A DNA stretch of 51,333 nucleotides, taken from assembly GCA_029858565.1 (NCBI GenBank), contig JAOUEV010000020.1:1-51333 (forward strand), in the 5' to 3' direction. The first letter of the stretch is position 1, and each line of letters starts with the position of its first letter. The notes below the pieces were generated by a model. The model was given only the letters and a program-made list of their open reading frames with translations, searched no databases and was not told the DNA's origin. Source of the DNA: Nitrospirota bacterium (lineage in GTDB: Bacteria; Nitrospirota; UBA9217). Shown here piece by piece: positions 45,771 through 51,333 of the stretch. The position numbers and the translations under genes are program-made.

Positions 45771-46649
45771 AAAGAGTTTCTTTTGGAGGGGTTCTTCGTG
45801 GCGATGAACTTTAAGAATGGCGTATTCAGTTTTAAGGGAATTATTCTCGATACGCTGAATGCGTTCAAGATCCACGATAAGGACGTCACCCTTACCAAAA
45901 CGCCTACCCGCATTGACATCGGCAATGAAATTATCATCAAGCAGGGAAACATTGAAGGAATGATTGCCGTCACTGACACGCCATTTGTTTCCGTCTTTAA
46001 ATACAACAGATTCAATAAGGAGCATTGCATTCGGGATAATGGATGGTGTGGACACCTCACGAACCACCGCGCTTACGATAACAGACGAATCTACCTTCAC
46101 AAGAGGAATAGGAATATCGCCAAGCTCCGTCTGGAAAGTAACATTGCTGTCAGGCAAAAGCGCACGCGCAGCTTTAACTTGATTCAGCGCGACAGACACT
46201 TCATCAACTGAGGGAGGCTCGTAACCGATCATCTTTGTCGGAGTGGATTCATACAAAGGCTTCAGTTCGTTAATGACGGATTCAATGCCGTCTCTGTCTG
46301 AATCGTACTTTTCAAGCAACTTGTGTTTTCCCTTTACGAGGAGTGCGCCGAGCCACTTCTTCCAGTCGGGATTCTTTATTAGTTCGTCAGGGACGTTGCG
46401 AAGTCCACGGGCGAGAAGGAGTTTCAAAGAAGAATGTTGAACGTCGTTCAGAATGGAGACCGGCTCAAGCGTGGTATCAATGCTGGACAAAAGCGAATGG
46501 TCAACGTAATCGAAAGAATGAACCATTTGCAATGCGCCTTGAAGAATTTTAGCGGCTTCACTTTTGCCTGGTTGATATTGAATGATGAGTGCGATTTCGC
46601 CTTCGATTGATTCAACAGGTAAATCGCGTATAGGTTCATTGATTTTCAT
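45765..46649 (-). CDS. Cassette hypothetical protein
   Basis: Long AT-rich ORF; likely start MKINEP at 46649. Confidence 0.8.
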   Translation of the reverse strand: MKINEPIRDLPVESIEGEIALIIQYQPGKSEAAKILQGALQMVHSFDYVDHSLLSSIDTTLEPVSILNDVQHSSLKLLLARGLRNVPDELIKNPDWKKWLGALLVKGKHKLLEKYDSDRDGIESVINELKPLYESTPTKMIGYEPPSVDEVSVALNQVKAARALLPDSNVTFQTELGDIPIPLVKVDSSVIVSAVVREVSTPSIIPNAMLLIESVVFKDGNKWRVSDGNHSFNVSLLDDNFIADVNAGRRFGKGDVLIVDLERIQRIENNSLKTEYAILKVHRHEEPLQKKLFK

Positions 46650-46855
46650 GGACGCATTGTAGCACAGTTCAAAACATACAGTAAAGCAAATACGGAGACG
46701 GCCATGAACGGTTCGAGCGGCATTGGTTTTGCTGGACACATTACAGTCGTTTTTATCATTCTGAAACTCACGTACTATAGTGGTAGGCTAGGTCTCCGCT
46801 ATGGATCAACGCTATCATCGCTGTAATTGTACTCGGAATTGTATTGCGGGTCAAA

Positions 46856-46936
46856 ATCTAACGTCGAAAATAACGGGAGTCCAAATAGCCGGCGAAGCCG
46901 GCTGTTTGGACGACCCTGCTGATCGCAGTGCTATAC
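46856..46936 (-). repeat. attC-like site E (81 bp)
   Basis: atctaac core, central 15-bp hairpin gtccaaatagccggc-gaa-gccggctgtttggac, right core gctatac; 4 nt from the stop at 46941. Confidence 0.75.
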
Positions 46937-46940
46937 ATTT

Positions 46941-47678
46941 TCAAAACAAATGAATAAATCTGTTCACTATGAATATGGCTACAGTTACCAAGCCAATAAC
47001 AAATATTGCCGATAATGAGAACGCTAGAGCTTTTAAGAGCGCATTTTGCCCTTCACGGTTCTTGGCCAGCGCATTGAGCTTGCGATGGACCTTGTCTTGT
47101 AGTGTTGGGTCAACCTTCTTCCAAACCGAATAGACAAAATAGATCAAATTTCCAATGACTGGCAGGGAATAGCAAAACTGCCGAATCAATCTATCGTCTT
47201 CCTCGGGATTTCTCACGCCGGCCAACAAACCTTCTAGTCTTGCTCTGATTGTGGCAACTTCTGCCGCACTAGCACTTTGGCCCAATTCTTTTAGAGAATC
47301 ATCGATTGAATCAATTTCGCGAATTTTTGACCTCACCTCAGCGAAGTATACCTCTCTCATTCTTTTGAGAAGGAGTATGTTTCCCTCTCGTTCAATTATT
47401 TTCTTTAAATTCTGCAGCTCTTTTTCATAGAGATCTTTTGCATCTTCAACAGTTTTAGCTTCTTCTTCCTTCTCCTTGATTAGAGCGGCGCTCAGAATGC
47501 GTTCGATTTGAAGTTCATTTTTTACTGAAGACGCTTTGCTTGCAAAAAAGCCTGCACCAACCCCAAGTATCCCGGTGGCCAGTGAAAACTGATTTGGGCT
47601 GGTGCCAAGATAGATATAAGCAACGTACATCCCGACTAGACAAATGAGGCTGAGGAAGGCAAATATGCTAGCTTTCAA
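46941..47678 (-). CDS. Cassette hypothetical membrane/coiled-coil protein
   Basis: Two N-terminal TM helices, a coiled coil and C-terminal TM helices. Confidence 0.8.
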   Translation of the reverse strand: MKASIFAFLSLICLVGMYVAYIYLGTSPNQFSLATGILGVGAGFFASKASSVKNELQIERILSAALIKEKEEEAKTVEDAKDLYEKELQNLKKIIEREGNILLLKRMREVYFAEVRSKIREIDSIDDSLKELGQSASAAEVATIRARLEGLLAGVRNPEEDDRLIRQFCYSLPVIGNLIYFVYSVWKKVDPTLQDKVHRKLNALAKNREGQNALLKALAFSLSAIFVIGLVTVAIFIVNRFIHLF

Positions 47679-47696
47679 CGAGCACCACCTTTCAAT

Positions 47697-47753
47697 AAAT
47701 AACTCGGCGCTGACGCGCCGCCTTTGGCGCGTCGCCGCTGCGCCAGGTCAGAT
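47697..47753 (-). repeat. attC-like site F (57 bp)
   Basis: aaataactcggcgctgacgcgccgcctttggcgcgtcgccgctgcgccaggtcagat; core nearly identical to site B. Confidence 0.8.
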
Positions 47754-47784
47754 CAGTAGTAAATGCGTAGCATCAACTAAACAA

Positions 47785-48765
47785 TTATAGTAATAAATCA
47801 GAAGTCATTCTGTTTGATTGGCCCTCGTCAAGTTTAAAAGCCCACGTGTTACCGCGATATTTATAAGCTAGGATTTGATCATTCTTAACTTCTTCAGTGT
47901 AAGAGAAAAACCGGTTGAAATTTGACTTATCAGTGTCCCAATGCAACGCTGCAAGCAGTGACGCAATAGTTCTATCTTTGTCGCGATAGGGCGCACCATC
48001 TTGTCCTATTCGAGTAAAACGACCGTCAGTTGAATACCATCCGTATGTTGAGATAAACTTATTACCATGCTTCTCTGAACCATACACATCGCCAATTTCG
48101 CATTCATTATAAATTAACATTTTATTTAATACTGGGAATGCATCTCCATCGGTCGGATTTAATCGAGATTTGTAGAAATTAGAGATACGCTCTCTGATGC
48201 GAGATGGATTTGTCGTTAGTTTTCCACCTTGTTTAGACTGAATCTTCCAGGCCATTACATACATGCCGGGACGAGCGCAAAGCTCCTGGTGATGCTCTCG
48301 GTAAAATATCTGTGATTGACGCCATTTAGAACCGAAATCGAAAAAAGATTCTAGCGTGGCATCTACTTCAGTTATTGATAGCGATCCTTTTACTTCTATC
48401 ATAGCTTTTACTGATTCAGGTCTTACAACAACAAAATCATCGTCACGAAATATCGCTGGGACATTTGAGGAATCGAAAACAAGAATATCGCACTGCTTGG
48501 ATACATTGAATGCGCTTTGGTTATGCGGATCAAAGTGCGTTCGACTCTTTGGATTAATATTCTCGGCAGGGAATAGGACAAAGCCGGTACCGACTTCGTA
48601 TTTCTTGGGCAAGAAATCACGTAGAGTGTTCGCAAGGAGACGCTCTTTGTAGCCGCCTAATGACGGATAGTGCGCACTGCCAATTGCTTTCTCCAGCAAA
48701 TCTACTTTTGAAGAGAAACTTTCTCCAATTAATGCAGAATACCCTGTTAGATCAATTTCAGTCAT
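47785..48765 (-). CDS. Cassette protein with DUF6602/PD-(D/E)xK nuclease-like N-terminal domain
   Basis: G..KE.LL...L..FLP..Y.VGTGFV, SKQCDILVFD and PESVKAMIEVK motifs. Confidence 0.78.
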   Translation of the reverse strand: MTEIDLTGYSALIGESFSSKVDLLEKAIGSAHYPSLGGYKERLLANTLRDFLPKKYEVGTGFVLFPAENINPKSRTHFDPHNQSAFNVSKQCDILVFDSSNVPAIFRDDDFVVVRPESVKAMIEVKGSLSITEVDATLESFFDFGSKWRQSQIFYREHHQELCARPGMYVMAWKIQSKQGGKLTTNPSRIRERISNFYKSRLNPTDGDAFPVLNKMLIYNECEIGDVYGSEKHGNKFISTYGWYSTDGRFTRIGQDGAPYRDKDRTIASLLAALHWDTDKSNFNRFFSYTEEVKNDQILAYKYRGNTWAFKLDEGQSNRMTSDLLL

Positions 48766-48793
48766 TTTGATTATTTACCTCGGCGATGTGCAG

Positions 48794-48850
48794 CACTAAC
48801 ACCGCTGTTTGCGGCGTGCTTGCGCGACCCTCACGGCGGCGTTGTTAGAT
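48794..48850 (-). repeat. attC-like site G (57 bp)
   Basis: cactaacaccgctgt...acggcggcgttgttagat paired arms; 12 nt from the stop at 48863. Confidence 0.68.
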
Positions 48851-48862
48851 AAGTTAAAGTAA

Positions 48863-49579
48863 TCAACTCTTCTTGAAATGCGCTTGAAGCTGTTTCGCAA
48901 GATTTCGAACGGCAGAGTTTGCTGTCCACTCTTGAGCAAACAAAGTCATGCTGCCATCGTCCTGAAGATTTGGCGGTACAGGGCACGCCTGCCTGTGGCT
49001 CGAAACGGCACAAGCCCAAAATACGCCACCGAAAAGCATCATATAAACATGATGGCCTCCAATTGTGGAGCCGCCAGGAAGGAGCATCAAGTCGTCCTTG
49101 AATCGGCCATCTGTGTTTTTCAAAGCAAGCCCAGTGATGGGGTAGATATCAGGTGCCCCGGGGTCGTCCTCCAGGATTCGACGCCTCAGTTTTTCTGAAT
49201 GACTACCTAACGAAACATCTGCGAATACTTCTAGTCCGGAAACATCCGCACGCCACAATATTGATAGATGGAATAGTTTGAATTTGTTGTAGTCGAGACC
49301 ACTGATACGTACGATCGGGCCATCGAGATACTGTGGCCTCAAGGGCCTAGAAAACCATATATCGGCAAAATAATCTTCTAACCGTTGAAATCTAGCTTCA
49401 CATGCATCGCAGAACAGATGATTCCAAAATCCCTTTCTTCGATAACCATGTCTGGGTTTTTTAGCTTCAAACATGACGGCCGAGTGGTCGGCGTCATATA
49501 CCGGTTTAAAAACGAACTCCGGTACGATATGCGACTTGCGCAGTGTTGCCTCTTGTCGACATAATTTACATTGATCCAT
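48863..49579 (-). CDS. Cassette HNH-like zinc-binding protein
   Basis: CKLC...LRKSHIVP...LFCDACE motif. Confidence 0.75.
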   Translation of the reverse strand: MDQCKLCRQEATLRKSHIVPEFVFKPVYDADHSAVMFEAKKPRHGYRRKGFWNHLFCDACEARFQRLEDYFADIWFSRPLRPQYLDGPIVRISGLDYNKFKLFHLSILWRADVSGLEVFADVSLGSHSEKLRRRILEDDPGAPDIYPITGLALKNTDGRFKDDLMLLPGGSTIGGHHVYMMLFGGVFWACAVSSHRQACPVPPNLQDDGSMTLFAQEWTANSAVRNLAKQLQAHFKKS

Positions 49580-49923
49580 CTGATTATCAAATCCAACCAG
49601 TGTATTTCTATCCGTAAACCGTTTCGATATGAACGGATTTCCGTTATTATCGATCTTAGCAATAAAAATGCCAGATACTTACAAACCAGATGAGCAGACA
49701 GCTCTTTGGATGTTTAAAAGAAGTGCTACCAAAATTACGGAATATAATCTATATCAGCCAATCACGTTCTCCCGGTGTAAATTTCAGGAAGAAACCTTCT
49801 TCCACGTGCATGCAATTATCAATAACTAACAATGACTCCTTAAGTCCAATCCCATCTCTCCCGCACCCGCATCAACCGGCCCATGCACTATTGGAGTGCT
49901 GTCTATCGATATGGCAATCATCG

Positions 49924-50346
49924 TTACGCCGGATATACCGTCAACCCCAGGCCGCGAAAGTCCTTGTCGAAACTCAGACAGGGAATGCCGCCGAGGATGC
50001 CGGTTACGGCGACATACGACAGTGCATCGCAATAGGACAAACGTCTCTCCCTTCCGAACTTTTTAAAAACCTTCTCGGTTGTTTGACGCACGGAATCGTC
50101 GTAGCGAACGACCATGAGCGAGGGTTTGACGGTGTCGAGAAACTGCACTGCCAGCCGATAGTCCGCCCGGTACCTGAGCAGCGTTATAGTTTCACTTATC
50201 ACGTCCCAGGTGGTGCAGAGCGTCAGCGCGTTCTCTTTGCAGAACTCAAGGATATCGCCTGCCCGGTCGTAATTCGCGTCCTCCGGAACAAGCGCGGCAA
50301 AGAAGAACGACGTATCGCAGAATGCCTTCCGGTCCGGAAAGTTCAT
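49924..50346 (-). CDS. vapC: PIN-domain (VapC) toxin
   Basis: FCDTSFFFA, ET, LSYCDALS and SFDKDF motifs. Confidence 0.93.
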   Translation of the reverse strand: MNFPDRKAFCDTSFFFAALVPEDANYDRAGDILEFCKENALTLCTTWDVISETITLLRYRADYRLAVQFLDTVKPSLMVVRYDDSVRQTTEKVFKKFGRERRLSYCDALSYVAVTGILGGIPCLSFDKDFRGLGLTVYPA

Positions 50347-50610
50347 GGCTTCTTCTCAGCAACGTAGAGATGATCTTTCACGTTCTCGGAGATCGGATAC
50401 TTTTTGGACGCCCGCTTCTCGCCTGTCTTTTTCCGCAGCTTCAAAAGGCCCTCGGCCGCCGCGCCCGGCTTGACAAGTGGTGAGGTCCTGATCTCGGCAA
50501 CGACCTCGTCATGCACGGTCACCTGATACACGGTATCAGGCGCGGTCCGTAGCGATTTGATGATGCCGGGCAGTCTCTTCCGGGCCTCGGATATGGAAAT
50601 TACGGTCTTC
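50343..50610 (-). CDS. Phd/YefM-family antitoxin (ORF track: 50343-50612)
   Basis: MKTVISISEARKRLPGII N-terminus; ATGA overlap with the toxin. Confidence 0.88.
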
Positions 50611-50630
50611 ATTGCCTATCCTCTCTGGTT

Positions 50631-50667
50631 CCTGATAATGTACAAATTGTACAATTACTATATCAGG
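50631..50667 (-). promoter_or_regulatory. Putative antitoxin operator
   Basis: Two TGTACA palindromes (50639-44, 50648-53) inside the inverted repeat cctgata...tatcagg. Confidence 0.65.
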
Positions 50668-50824
50668 ACTAAAGCTGCATGTCACGCGTTTTTTTCATTG
50701 ATCCCAAGCGTGGTCACCATGCCTCAACCGGTCCAATGTTCACATCTTCAGCTGGAAATATGCACTTCAGGCGATGTTACCTGACAGGAAGAAATCAACA
50801 CGCGTCACCCTATATATAATCCGT

Positions 50825-51333
50825 CTACTCCACCCCGAATGTCGCAGATTTGAGTACAACCCCTGCCTCGTCCAGCACATCAACCTTCCATTCGCCTTTT
50901 TTCCCGGTAATCATCTTATAGCTCCAGGTACGCCAGCGCGCGGCCTTTTTGATCTGACCCGCCTGTTCATCCTTTTTCCCGCCATAGGTCCAGACATAGG
51001 TAATCTTCTGGTCCTTTGCTACGTCCGCGAGTTCGAGATAACAGTAGACCTTGTCCTTCGATGCAGGGAACGTTGTGCTGACGTGAACCGGCTGCCGGTC
51101 CTGGATCGATCCGGCAAAAAGCATGCGCGAAACAGTGAGAGACGCCGCCGAAGACGGCGCAGCTTTGGCAGTCGCAACAGGTGCGGACGGAGCAGGAGCC
51201 TTGGCAGGCGCTGCTGGCGCGGCAGGAGGAGTCGGCGTTTGAGCGGACATTGAGGGTGGGACTGACGCCTGGGTCGGCGTAAGCGCTGAAGCAGGGACCG
51301 ATGCCGGCGCAGTATCTGTCCCCGGCGCAGGAG
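50825..51333 (-). CDS. C-terminal part of a protein with a Pro/Ala-rich linker and DUF2914-like domain (5' end outside the window)
   Basis: VYCYLEL...ITYVW...RWRTWSYK...GEWKVDV; the frame stays open to the window edge. Confidence 0.8.
   Translation of the reverse strand, partial: PAPGTDTAPASVPASALTPTQASVPPSMSAQTPTPPAAPAAPAKAPAPSAPVATAKAAPSSAASLTVSRMLFAGSIQDRQPVHVSTTFPASKDKVYCYLELADVAKDQKITYVWTYGGKKDEQAGQIKKAARWRTWSYKMITGKKGEWKVDVLDEAGVVLKSATFGVE

Larger units (their letters stand above)
43327..49597 (-). mobile_element. Integron-type gene cassette array without an integrase in the window (CALIN-like)
   Basis: Seven AT-rich, co-oriented ORFs, each followed by a GC-rich imperfect palindrome bounded by AAC...GTT-like cores. 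Confidence 0.82.

Noticed and set aside
43327-48850. The GC-rich palindromes as a second CRISPR array or plain terminators
   Set aside because: They are spaced by whole genes, vary in sequence, have AAC/GTT cores and mostly lack U-tracts on the coding strand; attC fits better.

Overview
GC-rich bacterial chromosomal window; the gene content suggests a Nitrospirota/Desulfobacterota-like anaerobe, which is an inference only. It has four blocks. (1) 1-10076: a type I-C CRISPR-Cas locus on the minus strand. The array is cut by the window edge. The locus carries an AbrB-VapC toxin-antitoxin pair inverted between cas4 and cas1, a four-helix-bundle gene with 9-nt repeats, a hidden internal Cas11 start in cas8c, and a 55-codon stump of a second cas3 in front of an AT-richer cas3-cas5-cas8-cas7 module, suggesting the interference module was swapped. 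(2) 10.3-20.2 kb: mixed genes (apbE, copZ, a sigma54 two-component system, greB, a lipoprotein plus outer-membrane barrel). (3) 20.3-35.3 kb: an uncharacterised-looking cluster built largely of pairs: two B12-dependent radical SAM enzymes, two TlpA-like thiol reductases, two ResB-like proteins, two related small membrane proteins and two class A beta-lactamase-like hydrolases. One TlpA is a UxxC selenoprotein that the ORF track splits at UGA. The cluster also has one CcsA with an altered WWD motif, an FTR1-DUF2318 fusion and an ABC importer. It is followed by two adjacent hfq-like genes (three Sm domains), lnt and cell-wall enzymes including pbpC. (4) 43.3-50.6 kb: an AT-rich array of co-oriented orphan genes separated by attC-like palindromes, with no integrase in the window (CALIN-like), capped by a Phd-VapC pair. 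All calls come from reading motifs by eye; no database searches were run.
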